From a bacterium (lineage in GTDB: Bacteria > Bacillota > Clostridia > Christensenellales > Aristaeellaceae), in assembly GCA_963624325.1 (NCBI GenBank), contig CAVFPH010000006.1:581-32580 (forward strand): a stretch of DNA of 32,000 nt, written 5' to 3'. Within the stretch, counting starts at the first letter, position 1, and every line of letters begins with the position of its first letter. Position numbers and translations under genes: made by a program. Positions 16,911 through 25,276 of this stretch are shown here, in pieces. The notes beneath the pieces were generated by a model. It had not been told where the DNA came from. It worked only from the letters and a program-made list of their open reading frames with translations, and did no database searches.

Positions 16911-16923
16911 TTTTTGCAAATTG

Positions 16924-17628
16924 TCAATTGCCAAGGTATGCGCGGCGTACATCGTCATCCGAGAGCAGCGCCGCGGCGTCGCCCTCCTTGATGATTTTGC
17001 CGGTTTCCAGCACGTAGGCACGGTTGGCAATGGAGAGGGCCATGTGCGCGTTCTGCTCCACCAGCAGCACGGTGGTGCCCGATTTGTTGATTTCCTTGAT
17101 GATGCTGAAAATTTCCTGCACCAGGATGGGGGAGAGACCCATGGAAGGCTCATCCATCATCAGCAGCTTCGGATGGCTCATCAGCGCGCGTCCCATGGCC
17201 AGCATCTGCTGCTCGCCGCCCGACAGCGTGCCGGCATACTGCTTCATGCGCTCCTTGAGGCGCGGAAAATGCGCAAATACCATTTCCAGATCCTGCTGCA
17301 GCTCCGCACGGTTGTGGCGGGTAAAGGCACCCATTTCCAGGTTTTCCATGACCGTCATGGTGGAAAATACGCGGCGGCCTTCGGGTACCTGCGTCAGCCC
17401 CATGGCGATCAGCCGATGTGCCGGAATGTGGGACAGATCCTTGCCGTCAAAGGTGATGGTGCCGCTGCGGCGCGGAATCAGGGCAGATATGGACTGCAGA
17501 ATGGAGGTTTTTCCGGCGCCGTTGGCACCGATCAGGGTGACGATTTCGCCGGTATCCACATGGAAGGAAATATCATGCAGGGCATGAATGGCGCCGTAGT
17601 ATACATTCAGCTTATCTACGCTCAGCAT
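16924..17628 (-). CDS. livF: Branched-chain amino acid ABC transporter, ATP-binding protein (LivF type)
   Basis: Walker A GANGAGKT, signature LSGGEQQML and Walker B LLMMDEPS are present. The protein is 234 aa and sits last in a liv-type operon. Confidence 0.85.
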   Translation of the reverse strand: MLSVDKLNVYYGAIHALHDISFHVDTGEIVTLIGANGAGKTSILQSISALIPRRSGTITFDGKDLSHIPAHRLIAMGLTQVPEGRRVFSTMTVMENLEMGAFTRHNRAELQQDLEMVFAHFPRLKERMKQYAGTLSGGEQQMLAMGRALMSHPKLLMMDEPSMGLSPILVQEIFSIIKEINKSGTTVLLVEQNAHMALSIANRAYVLETGKIIKEGDAAALLSDDDVRRAYLGN

Positions 17629-17631
17629 ATC

Positions 17632-19506
17632 TTAACCCTCCGTTTCTTCCTGGGCAGCGGAACCCAGATAAGCGGCAATCACCTCAGCATTGTGGCTTAC
17701 CTCGTCGGGCGTGCCCTCCGCAATGATGCGGCCGTAGTTCAGCACATAAATGCGCTCGCAGATGCCCATGACCAGCTTCATATCGTGTTCAATCAGCAGG
17801 ATGGCTACCGAGAAGCGGTCACGGATGATGCGGATGGCCTGCATCAGTTCTTCCGTTTCCTTGGGGTTCATGCCGGCGGCAGGTTCATCCAGCAGCAAAA
17901 CCTTGGGGTTGCTGGCCAGGGCACGGCAGATTTCCAGCTTGCGCTGCTGGCCGTAGGGCAGGCTGTCGGCAGGCACATCGGCTACGTCTTCCATATCGAA
18001 TACGCTCAGCAGTTCGCGGGCGCGGATGTCGATGCCGCGTTCCTCCCTGGAATAGCGCGGTGCGCGGACGATACCCTCCATGGCGGTGTAGTGCATGCGG
18101 GTCTGGAAAGCAACCTTGATGTTTTCAATGACCGTCATGGACTTGAACAGGCGGATGTTCTGGAAGGTGCGGGCGATGCCGTTTGCGGTGATGTAATGGG
18201 TGGGATGGCCCACAATGCTCTTGCCAAGCAGGGTAATGTCACCCGAGGTCGGCTGATATACGCCCGTCAGCATGTTGAAGATGGTGGTTTTGCCTGCGCC
18301 GTTGGGGCCGATCAGGCCGACAATCTCATTGTCCATCAGGTGTAGGTTGACATTCTCGGCCACCTGCAAACCGCCAAAGTGAATGCCCAGCCCCTTGGCT
18401 TCCATCACGGGCAGATCAAAGTTGACATAATCGTACTTGGGCACTTCGGGCATGGTAACTGCTTTTTTCTTGGGCTTGGGAAGCACCTTGGATATTGCCG
18501 CCCATCCTTTGCGCAGCCAGCGTCCGCAGAACTCCCATACCGACAGCAGGGAGAATTCGGCCGTGCCAAGCAGTCCCTTCGGGCGGAAGATCATCATCAG
18601 GATCAGCACCAGGGAATAGATCAGCATGCGCGGGTCGGCAATCTTGAAGGGGAGGATGCTGTTTAGCAGGCTGGTCAGGTCGCGCAGATATTCGGGCAGA
18701 AGGGAGAGCACGGCTGCGGACAGAATGGAGCCTGTGATGGATCCCATGCCGCCCAGAACAACCATTACCAGGTAGTCAATGGACTTGTTGTAGTCAAATG
18801 TTGATGCGCTGACGCTGCCCTGCTGATGGGCATACAGGGCACCCGCAACGCCGGGAAAGAACGCCGCCAGCGTAAAGGCAAACACCTTGTAGCGAAACAC
18901 CGGGATGCCGGTTGACTCGGCCGCGATGGCGTTTTCACGCACGGAGATAATCGCGCGGCCGTGACGGGAACGTCCCAGGGTAAACATGGCGGCGATAATC
19001 AGCACCATGATGATGTATACGTAATTAAAGTCAGTCAGCTTGGGAATGCCGGACAATCCCTTGGCCGCGCCGGTGATGGAAATGTTGGTGATGATGACGC
19101 GGATGATTTCACCGAAACCAAGCGTAATGATGGCCAGATAGTCGCCCTTCAGACGCAGCGCGGGGATACCGATGATCAGACCGAAGAGGGCGGCAATCAG
19201 ACCGCCGGTAAGCAGCGCAACGGGGAAGGAGATGGCCGTGCTGATGGCCCAGCGCTTGGTGATGATGGCGCTGGCAAAGGCACCCACCGCCATAAAGCCC
19301 GCATGCCCCAGCGCCAGTTCGCCCAGGAAACCTGTGGTCAGGTTGAGGCTGACGGCCATGATGATGTTGATGCACACCGTGTAGACCAGGTTGCGGTAAT
19401 AGCGGTTGAGAGAGCCTGAATTGATCAAAAGCGTAAAGGTAAAGTAGATGGCAACGACGGCGATGAGGTTAAGCAGGCACGCACGAAAACGTCTGTCGAA
19501 TTTCAT
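17632..19506 (-). CDS. Fused LivM-type permease (N-terminal ~330 aa) and LivG-type ATPase (C-terminal ~260 aa)
   Basis: The N-terminal half is polytopic, with LivM-like NLTTGFLGELALGHAGFMAVGAF. The C-terminal half has GPNGAGKTT, LPYGQQRKLEI and LLLDEPAAGMNP. It is a single uninterrupted ORF. The ATG at 19506 has GAGGTG 6 nt upstream, and a GTG at 19515 is the alternative start. Confidence 0.8.
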   Translation of the reverse strand: MKFDRRFRACLLNLIAVVAIYFTFTLLINSGSLNRYYRNLVYTVCINIIMAVSLNLTTGFLGELALGHAGFMAVGAFASAIITKRWAISTAISFPVALLTGGLIAALFGLIIGIPALRLKGDYLAIITLGFGEIIRVIITNISITGAAKGLSGIPKLTDFNYVYIIMVLIIAAMFTLGRSRHGRAIISVRENAIAAESTGIPVFRYKVFAFTLAAFFPGVAGALYAHQQGSVSASTFDYNKSIDYLVMVVLGGMGSITGSILSAAVLSLLPEYLRDLTSLLNSILPFKIADPRMLIYSLVLILMMIFRPKGLLGTAEFSLLSVWEFCGRWLRKGWAAISKVLPKPKKKAVTMPEVPKYDYVNFDLPVMEAKGLGIHFGGLQVAENVNLHLMDNEIVGLIGPNGAGKTTIFNMLTGVYQPTSGDITLLGKSIVGHPTHYITANGIARTFQNIRLFKSMTVIENIKVAFQTRMHYTAMEGIVRAPRYSREERGIDIRARELLSVFDMEDVADVPADSLPYGQQRKLEICRALASNPKVLLLDEPAAGMNPKETEELMQAIRIIRDRFSVAILLIEHDMKLVMGICERIYVLNYGRIIAEGTPDEVSHNAEVIAAYLGSAAQEETEG

Positions 19507-19516
19507 AGGCCGCACC

Positions 19517-20395
19517 TCACACTTTCTCGCTGGCGCGCTTGCCCAGCAAACCTGTGGGCTTTACCAGCAGCATGATGATCAGGATGCCGTATACCACGGC
19601 GTCCGACATCTGGGAAGAAATATAGCTCTTGGTCAGGCTTTCGGCAATGCCCATGACAAAGCCGCCGATCATGGCACCGGGCAGGATGCCGATGCCGCCG
19701 AATACTGCCGCGATGAAGGCTTTCAGGCCGGGCAGGGATCCCATGGTGGGGGATACAAGGGGGTAGGCCATGCAGTACAGCACGGCGCCGATGGCAGCCA
19801 GCGCGCTGCCGATGGCAAAGGTGATGGAAATGGTGTTGTTGGAACTGATGCCCATCAGCTGGGCGGCACCCATATCCTCAGACACTGCGCGCATGGCCTT
19901 GCCCGTCTTGGTGTAGCGGACAAAGCTGGAAAGCAGAACCATCAGCACAATGGAAACGCCCAGGGTGATCAGGGTAAGCAGGTTGACGGAAAGCTCACCG
20001 AACGAAAGCGTCTTTGAGGAAATGACGGTGGAAGGGTAGGGCTTGGGAGTGGCGGAGAAAATCAGCTGCGCCAGGTTCTGCAGGAACATGCTGACGCCGA
20101 TGGCGGTAATCAGCGCGGAAATGCGCGGGGCACTGCGCAGCGGCTTGTAGGCCAGACGCTCGATGACCACGCCCAAAACAGCGCAAAAAACCATCGTAAT
20201 GGGGATGGCCAGGTAGAAGGGCAGGCCGGAATTATTGATCAGCAGCATACTGACGTAAGCGCCCACCATGATGATATCGCCGTGGGCAAAGTTAATCAGC
20301 TTGACAATTCCGTATACCATGGTATAGCCAAGTGCGATCAGCGCGTAAATGCTGCCGATGTGCAATCCGTTGATCAGCTGATTTAAAAACAGCAA
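19517..20395 (-). CDS. livH: Branched-chain amino acid ABC transporter permease (LivH type)
   Basis: The 292-aa polytopic protein begins LNQLINGLHIGSIYALIALGYTMVYG, as LivH proteins do. It has a TTG start. Confidence 0.85.
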   Translation of the reverse strand: MLFLNQLINGLHIGSIYALIALGYTMVYGIVKLINFAHGDIIMVGAYVSMLLINNSGLPFYLAIPITMVFCAVLGVVIERLAYKPLRSAPRISALITAIGVSMFLQNLAQLIFSATPKPYPSTVISSKTLSFGELSVNLLTLITLGVSIVLMVLLSSFVRYTKTGKAMRAVSEDMGAAQLMGISSNNTISITFAIGSALAAIGAVLYCMAYPLVSPTMGSLPGLKAFIAAVFGGIGILPGAMIGGFVMGIAESLTKSYISSQMSDAVVYGILIIMLLVKPTGLLGKRASEKV

Positions 20396-20453
20396 ATCGT
20401 ATCACCCGCCTTGTTTAATTTCGTTTTTGCATGCTCCGCTAAATACAGGGATA

Positions 20454-20476
20454 GGGGAAGGAGAGCCTCCTTCCCC
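20454..20476 (-). other. Perfect GC-rich intercistronic hairpin between the binding-protein gene and livH
   Basis: GGGGAAGGAG (20454-20463) and CTCCTTCCCC (20467-20476) form a perfect 10-bp inverted repeat with a 3-nt loop, 28 nt downstream of the SBP stop. On the minus strand only a weak U-tract (UAUCCCUGUAUUU) follows. Confidence 0.5.
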
Positions 20477-20503
20477 ATGATTGCCTGATCTTGAACTGTC
20501 GGA

Positions 20504-21649
20504 TTATTCGTTGCCCATGAGCTCGATGAAGTTCTTGGTGCCGTTTTCGTCAAAGGTCATGATGAAGGCGCTCTTGATGGGGTCGTTGTGATCATCAAAG
20601 GTGATGGTGCTGGTAACGCCCTCAAAGGTGCCGGTCTTGATCTGCTCAACAATGGCTTCGCTGTCGGTGGTGCCAGCACGCAGGATGGCCTGGCAGATTA
20701 CCATGGCGGCGTCATACGCGGTAGCGGAGAAGGACAGGCTTACGTCAGTGCCGTACTTGGCCTTGAAGTCCGCCTTGAACTGGGCAACAACATCGGTGTC
20801 GGAGTTGGCGTCAAAGTGGTCGCAGTATACCAGGTCGGTCAGCAGGCTCTTGTCGGTCATGAAGTCTACGATATTGCTGATGCCGTCGCCGCCCAGGAAC
20901 ACAACGTTCATGCCGATGGAAGCGGCCTTGCTCAGGATCATGGAAGCCTGCTCACCGTAGAAGGGGATGAACACAACCTCGGGATCGGTAGCGGCAATCT
21001 TGGTCAGCTGCGCGGAGAAGTCCATATCGGAGAAGCCGCCGCTTTCCTTGGCGGTCACTTCGATGCCGTTGGCGATGCACTGGGATTCAAAGGAATCGGC
21101 CAGACCGATGGAGTAGTCATCATCGTTGCCGTACAGGATGGCAGCCTTGGTGTAGCCGTGCGCCTTGGCGTAGTTTGCCATGACAACGCCCTGGAAGGGA
21201 TCCAGGAAGCAGGTACGGAACACCGTGGGATGATCGGTGGTGATATCATAGCTGGTAGCGGAAGGCGTTACCATGGGAATGCCGTCTTCATTGGCGCATT
21301 CGGCGGTTACGTAGCAGTTGCCGGAAAGCACATCGCCCAGGTAGGCAACGGCGCCCTTGGACTCAACCAGACGGTAGAAAATATTCTGCGCTTCGGTGTT
21401 GTCGCCGCCGTTGTCTTCGAAAATCAGTTCAAACTGAATGTCGGAACCGGAAGCGGCCAATTCCGCGTTGATCTTGTCAATGTAGAGCTGAGCACCCTGC
21501 TCAACGGCAATGCCGTACTGGGCTGCGCCGCCGGTCAGAGGGCCGCCGCCGCCAATCACGATGGTTTCTGCCAATGCGGAGGAGGTAAGCAGCAGGACCA
21601 TCATCACCGCAACAAACATTGAGAGCAAACGAGTTTTCTTCATAGTCAT
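20504..21649 (-). CDS. ABC transporter substrate-binding protein, LivJ/LivK (Peripla_BP_6) type, secreted
   Basis: A signal peptide (MKKTRLLSMFVAVMMVLLLTSSALAE) is followed by a type I periplasmic binding fold sequence (GGGGPLTGGAAQYG...). It is the first gene of the liv-type operon. The RBS is AAGGAGG. Confidence 0.85.
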   Translation of the reverse strand: MTMKKTRLLSMFVAVMMVLLLTSSALAETIVIGGGGPLTGGAAQYGIAVEQGAQLYIDKINAELAASGSDIQFELIFEDNGGDNTEAQNIFYRLVESKGAVAYLGDVLSGNCYVTAECANEDGIPMVTPSATSYDITTDHPTVFRTCFLDPFQGVVMANYAKAHGYTKAAILYGNDDDYSIGLADSFESQCIANGIEVTAKESGGFSDMDFSAQLTKIAATDPEVVFIPFYGEQASMILSKAASIGMNVVFLGGDGISNIVDFMTDKSLLTDLVYCDHFDANSDTDVVAQFKADFKAKYGTDVSLSFSATAYDAAMVICQAILRAGTTDSEAIVEQIKTGTFEGVTSTITFDDHNDPIKSAFIMTFDENGTKNFIELMGNE

Positions 21650-21696
21650 AACCTCCTTAAAGGATCCGCCCCTTATGGGGGGATGAGATGGGTAAT

Positions 21697-21725
21697 ATAA
21701 TAGTCAAAATTTCGGTCGGATGCAA
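21697..21725 (-). promoter_or_regulatory. Candidate promoter of the liv-type operon
   Basis: Minus strand reads TTGCAT (21725-21720), a 17-nt spacer, then TATTAT (21702-21697). Confidence 0.35.
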
Positions 21726-21746
21726 GCGTTTTTTTGTTTATTTCTT

Positions 21747-21766
21747 GTATATTTCCGCAAATATAC
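21747..21766. promoter_or_regulatory. Perfect 8-4-8 palindrome in the liv/araB divergent region (candidate operator)
   Basis: The sequence is GTATATTT-ccgc-AAATATAC. It is centred about 66 nt upstream of the predicted liv transcription start and about 110 nt upstream of the predicted araB start. Confidence 0.35.
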
Positions 21767-21831
21767 GCATTTATAAGCAGTTTGGCAACTTAATTACTGT
21801 TTTTTACATGAAAACGGAAAATGCATTGTGC

Positions 21832-21860
21832 TTGCACCGTGCGGGGCATTATGTTACAAT
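21832..21860 (+). promoter_or_regulatory. Candidate araB promoter (extended -10)
   Basis: TTGCAC (21832-21837), a 17-nt spacer ending in TGT, then TACAAT (21855-21860). Confidence 0.45.
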
Positions 21861-21897
21861 GCTTTTGACACCCCTATGACAGTGAAAGGAAACGAAA

Positions 21898-23559
21898 ATG
21901 AGTAGATATACGATCGGTCTTGACTTTGGCACATTGTCGGGACGCGCGGTTTTATGCGATGTGCAAAATGGCCATGTGCTTGCAACGGCGGTTTACGAAT
22001 ATCCGCACGGCGTGATGGACACCGCCCTGCCCTCCGGCACTCCCCTGCCTGCCGACTGGGCACTGCAGCATCCCGGCGACTATGAGCAGGTGCTGCTGCA
22101 CGTGATTCCCGAGGTTATGGCAAAGGCGCAGATCCGGGCGGAGGATGTGATTGGCATCGGGATCGATTTTACCGCCTCTACCGCCATGCCGGTGGATGCC
22201 GACGGCTGCCCGCTGTGCCTGCAGGCAAAGTACGCGGATCGTCCGCATGCCTATGTAAAATTGTGGAAACACCATGCCGCCCAGCGCTGCGCAAACGAAA
22301 TGACCCGCATCGCCCTGGAACGGGGCGAAACATGGCCGGCGGTGTACGGCGGCAAGGTATCGGGGGAATGGTCGCTGCCCAAGCTTTGGCAGGTGCTTCA
22401 GGAAGATCCCGAAATCTACGCCGCGATGGACGAATGGATGGAGGCCGGTGATTATATTGTTTATCTTTTGACCGGCAGACGCACGCGCAGCGCAAGCATT
22501 GCCGGCTATAAAGCTTTTTACAATAAGAAAAGCGGCGCATACCCGTCAAAAGATTTCTTTGCCGCCCTTGATCCGCGCCTGGATACGGTAGCGGAGGATA
22601 AACTGAAAACGCCGGTATCCCCCCTTGGCAGCTGCGCGGGCGGGGTAACAAAACCCATGGCGGAAAAGCTGGGGCTGGCGGCAGGCACTCCCGTGGCGGT
22701 GGCCCATATCGATGCCCATGTAGGCGCGGCGGCAGTGGGCATCACGCGCCCGGGCCAGATGCTGGCCATCCTGGGGACTTCCACCTGCCATTTGTGCCTG
22801 GGGGATCGGGAACGGGCCGTGCCGGGCATCTGCGGCGCCGTGGAGGATGGCATCCTGCCGGGCAGTTTCGGCTACGAGGCCGGGCAGAGCTGCGTTGGGG
22901 ACGGTTTTGCGTGGTTTACAAACGAATTGGTGCCCAAACGTTATTACGATGCGGCCAAAGAGCGCGGGCTGCACATCCAGCAGTATCTGACCGAACTTGC
23001 GCAGCGCCTGCGCCCCGGCGAGAGCGGCCTTCTGATGCTTGACTGGTGGAACGGCAACCGCAGCATTCTGACGGACTATGATCTGCAGGGGATGATGCTC
23101 GGCATGACGCTGCAGACAAAGCCGGAGGAGCTTTATCGGGCCATGATTGAGGCAACGGCCTTCGGAACCCGAATGATCGTTGAAAACTTTCGGGCGCATG
23201 ACGTGGCGGTGGATGAATTCTACGCCACGGGCGGCATCAGCAAAAAGAATGCCATGGCCATGCAGATTTACGCGGATGTGCTCAAAATGCCCGTCCGCGT
23301 GGCCGAAACAGAGCAGGGTCCGGCGCTTGGAAGTGCCATTTTCGGTGCTGCCGCCGCAGGCAAGGCATCGGGCGGGTACGATACGGCTGCGGAGGCCATC
23401 GCGCACATGGCCGGGACGGGGTATATCATCTATCAGCCCAATGCGGAGCACACAGAAGTGTATGATCGGCTCTATCACGAATATGCCAAACTGCATGACT
23501 ATTTCGGCCGCGGCGAAAATGATGTAATGAAGCGGCTGAAGCAGATCAAGGCAAGGTAA
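21898..23559 (+). CDS. araB: Ribulokinase (FGGY family)
   Basis: The product is collinear along its whole length with my memory of B. subtilis AraB. Shared segments include YTIGLDFGTLSGRAVL, DWALQHPGDY, YVKLWKHHAAQ, YEAGQSCVGD, LDWWNGNRS and NDVMKRLKQIK. Confidence 0.9.
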   Translation: MSRYTIGLDFGTLSGRAVLCDVQNGHVLATAVYEYPHGVMDTALPSGTPLPADWALQHPGDYEQVLLHVIPEVMAKAQIRAEDVIGIGIDFTASTAMPVDADGCPLCLQAKYADRPHAYVKLWKHHAAQRCANEMTRIALERGETWPAVYGGKVSGEWSLPKLWQVLQEDPEIYAAMDEWMEAGDYIVYLLTGRRTRSASIAGYKAFYNKKSGAYPSKDFFAALDPRLDTVAEDKLKTPVSPLGSCAGGVTKPMAEKLGLAAGTPVAVAHIDAHVGAAAVGITRPGQMLAILGTSTCHLCLGDRERAVPGICGAVEDGILPGSFGYEAGQSCVGDGFAWFTNELVPKRYYDAAKERGLHIQQYLTELAQRLRPGESGLLMLDWWNGNRSILTDYDLQGMMLGMTLQTKPEELYRAMIEATAFGTRMIVENFRAHDVAVDEFYATGGISKKNAMAMQIYADVLKMPVRVAETEQGPALGSAIFGAAAAGKASGGYDTAAEAIAHMAGTGYIIYQPNAEHTEVYDRLYHEYAKLHDYFGRGENDVMKRLKQIKAR

Positions 23560-23566
23560 ACAAATA

Positions 23567-23609
23567 AAACAAGCCCGATGAGACAGAATCATCGAGCTTG
23601 TTTCTTTTT
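23567..23609. terminator. Bidirectional intrinsic terminator between convergent araB and degV
   Basis: AAACAAGCCCGATGA (23567-23581) pairs with TCATCGAGCTTGTTT (23589-23603), giving 15 bp with one mismatch. The loop is GACAGAA. CTTTTT follows on the plus strand and TTTTATTT on the minus strand. Confidence 0.65.
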
Positions 23610-23622
23610 GAAAGAGAATCTG

Positions 23623-24504
23623 TCAGCGGATTTTTTCGCGCACGCCTTCATCGCCCAGGAAAAACAGGGCCAGGGTGCCCGGCCCTACATGGGAACCGGT
23701 GACGGGCTCATAGCAGACCGTCATAATTTCCTTCGGCGGGTGCTTGGCACGCAAAAGGGATTCCAGCAGCGCGGCATCCTCCGGGCAATCGGCATGCGCG
23801 ATGCCGACAATCTGCTCCTCCGGATGGCTGACCAGCGTATTGTAGCGTTCGGCCATGGCCAGCACGGATTGACGGCGCCCGCGGACTTTTGCAAAACTGA
23901 CGATTTTGCCCTCTTTGTCGCCCTTCAGCAGGGGCTTAATGTTGAGCACCATGCCGACAAGGGCGCCTACATTGGAAAGACGGCCCGTTTTGCGCAGATA
24001 GTTCAGATCATCTACGGTAAACACCTGCGCCATTTTGTGACGAAGGGCAAGCAGGTAATCGGCGGTTTCGTCCAGCGTCATCCCGCGGTCGCGGCAGTCT
24101 GCGGCATATACCGCCAAAAGCCCCTCGCCCAGGGAAGCCCCAAACGTATCCACCATGCGCAGTGCCGAGTCCGGGAAAATTTCGGCAAGCTGCTGACGGG
24201 CCACTTCGGCGGAATGATAGGATCCGCTGATGCCGGAAGACATGCCGATAAAGAGAACCTCCCGGTTATCGGCAAGCAGCGGGGAGAAAGCATCGATGTA
24301 CTGCTGCGGGGAAACCTGCGATGTTTTTACCTGCGTTCCGCTGCGCATGGCCTCGTAGAAGGCGTGACCGTCAAAATCTTTAGTATCGGTGCAGGTCTGC
24401 TCCTGCCCGTTTACAAAAAAGGTAAAAGGAATCACGGTGATGCCGCGGCTTTGCAGCAGAGCGCAATCCAGGTTGGCCGATGTATCCGTTACAATCGTGA
24501 ACAT
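23623..24504 (-). CDS. DegV family fatty-acid-binding protein
   Basis: The N-terminus is FTIVTDTSANLD. The product is 293 aa with the typical DegV layout (…FIGMSSGISGSY…, …HVGPGTLALFF…). Confidence 0.85.
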   Translation of the reverse strand: MFTIVTDTSANLDCALLQSRGITVIPFTFFVNGQEQTCTDTKDFDGHAFYEAMRSGTQVKTSQVSPQQYIDAFSPLLADNREVLFIGMSSGISGSYHSAEVARQQLAEIFPDSALRMVDTFGASLGEGLLAVYAADCRDRGMTLDETADYLLALRHKMAQVFTVDDLNYLRKTGRLSNVGALVGMVLNIKPLLKGDKEGKIVSFAKVRGRRQSVLAMAERYNTLVSHPEEQIVGIAHADCPEDAALLESLLRAKHPPKEIMTVCYEPVTGSHVGPGTLALFFLGDEGVREKIR

Positions 24505-24521
24505 AATCAGAAAGCCTCCGA

Positions 24522-24544
24522 AATCTAATGAACGATATTAGATT
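24522..24544. promoter_or_regulatory. Perfect 8-7-8 inverted repeat overlapping the predicted degV -10 (candidate operator)
   Basis: The sequence is AATCTAAT-gaacgat-ATTAGATT. It lies between the degV SD (24513-24518) and promoter, and its right arm overlaps the predicted -10 hexamer. Confidence 0.35.
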
Positions 24545-24568
24545 AACATATAATGCAAATTGTGTCAA
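24540..24568 (-). promoter_or_regulatory. Candidate degV promoter
   Basis: Minus strand reads TTGACA (24568-24563), a 17-nt spacer ending in TGT, then TAATCT (24545-24540). Confidence 0.35.
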
Positions 24569-24591
24569 CCAGAGAAAAACATAATTTGTTT

Positions 24592-24620
24592 TTGCATTGG
24601 AACGCGACATATGATATACT
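24592..24620 (+). promoter_or_regulatory. Candidate promoter of DUF1836-azlCD
   Basis: TTGCAT (24592-24597), a 17-nt spacer ending in TGA, then TATACT (24615-24620). Confidence 0.45.
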
Positions 24621-24643
24621 ATGCGGGAAACGGAGGGGAGAGC

Positions 24644-25249
24644 ATGGCTTACGATCAGCAGCTGATTGCCGCGAAACTTCGCAGATGGGAAAAATATCTG
24701 CTGAAATTCCGCTTGCCGGAATGGCAGGAGATCCCGGATATCGGCCTGTATATGGAGCAGGTGGTGGCGGTGCTCAAGCAGTATCTGGACTATCTGCCGC
24801 CCGAGCTGAAAGAGGAACAAATTATCACTTCCGCCACGATTAATAATTATGTTCGCACCCACATTATGCCCGAACCGCGCAAAAAGCGCTATTACCGCGT
24901 GCACATTGCCTACCTGATTATCATCTGCACCCTCAAGCAAAGCCTGAGCATTGCCATGGTGCAGCGGATGATTCCGACAGGGCTGGATGAAGAGCAGGTG
25001 CGGGCGTTTTATCAATCCTATCGGGATCGGCACTGCAAAGCCTGCGAGCTTTTTGTGCAGCAGGTTCGCCTGGCCGCCGCCATCATTCTGGATCATCCCG
25101 TCGAAAGCGCAACCGTGGCGGCCGATACCCGCGAACTGATCGTGTCCTCGGCAATCATTGCCGGCTTTTCAAAGCTGTTTGCCGAAAAGCTGCTGCTGCT
25201 GGATGATAAAACCCTGGTCAACGGCGGCAGCATTGAAATAGAGCCTTGA
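24644..25249 (+). CDS. DUF1836 domain protein
   Basis: The segment …EIPDIGLYMEQVV…LKEEQIITSATINNYVRTHIMPEPRKKRYYRVHIAYLIIICTLKQSLSI… matches my memory of the DUF1836 signature. The ATG at 24644 is preceded by GGAGGGGAG. The gene is divergent from degV, a pairing I recall as common in Firmicutes. Confidence 0.7.
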   Translation: MAYDQQLIAAKLRRWEKYLLKFRLPEWQEIPDIGLYMEQVVAVLKQYLDYLPPELKEEQIITSATINNYVRTHIMPEPRKKRYYRVHIAYLIIICTLKQSLSIAMVQRMIPTGLDEEQVRAFYQSYRDRHCKACELFVQQVRLAAAIILDHPVESATVAADTRELIVSSAIIAGFSKLFAEKLLLLDDKTLVNGGSIEIEP

Positions 25250-25276
25250 TGATTATCCTTGATCGGGAGGCAGAAC

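Noticed and set aside
16900-18345. A 481-aa plus-strand ORF.
   Set aside because: It is antisense to livF and the LivG part of the fusion gene, and its frame crosses a gene boundary. It is an artefact of GC-rich codon usage.
21703-21719. A CodY-box-like AAATTTTGAC in the spacer of the predicted liv promoter.
   Set aside because: Only about half of the 15-nt AATTTTCWGAAAATT consensus matches, which is too weak to call by eye.
21688-21879. A 63-aa ORF inside the liv/araB intergenic region.
   Set aside because: It covers both predicted promoters and the palindrome, has no SD and is AT-rich with odd composition. It is most likely non-coding.
20588-24528. Several further 300-350-aa antisense ORFs at 20588-21622, 22546-23592 and 23578-24528. 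Similar ones lie elsewhere at 2134-3072, 7224-8150, 11254-12396 and 29226-30176.
   Set aside because: Each lies opposite a confidently identified gene, lacks a ribosome-binding site and has low-complexity composition. I saw no evidence for overlapping (overprinted) genes.
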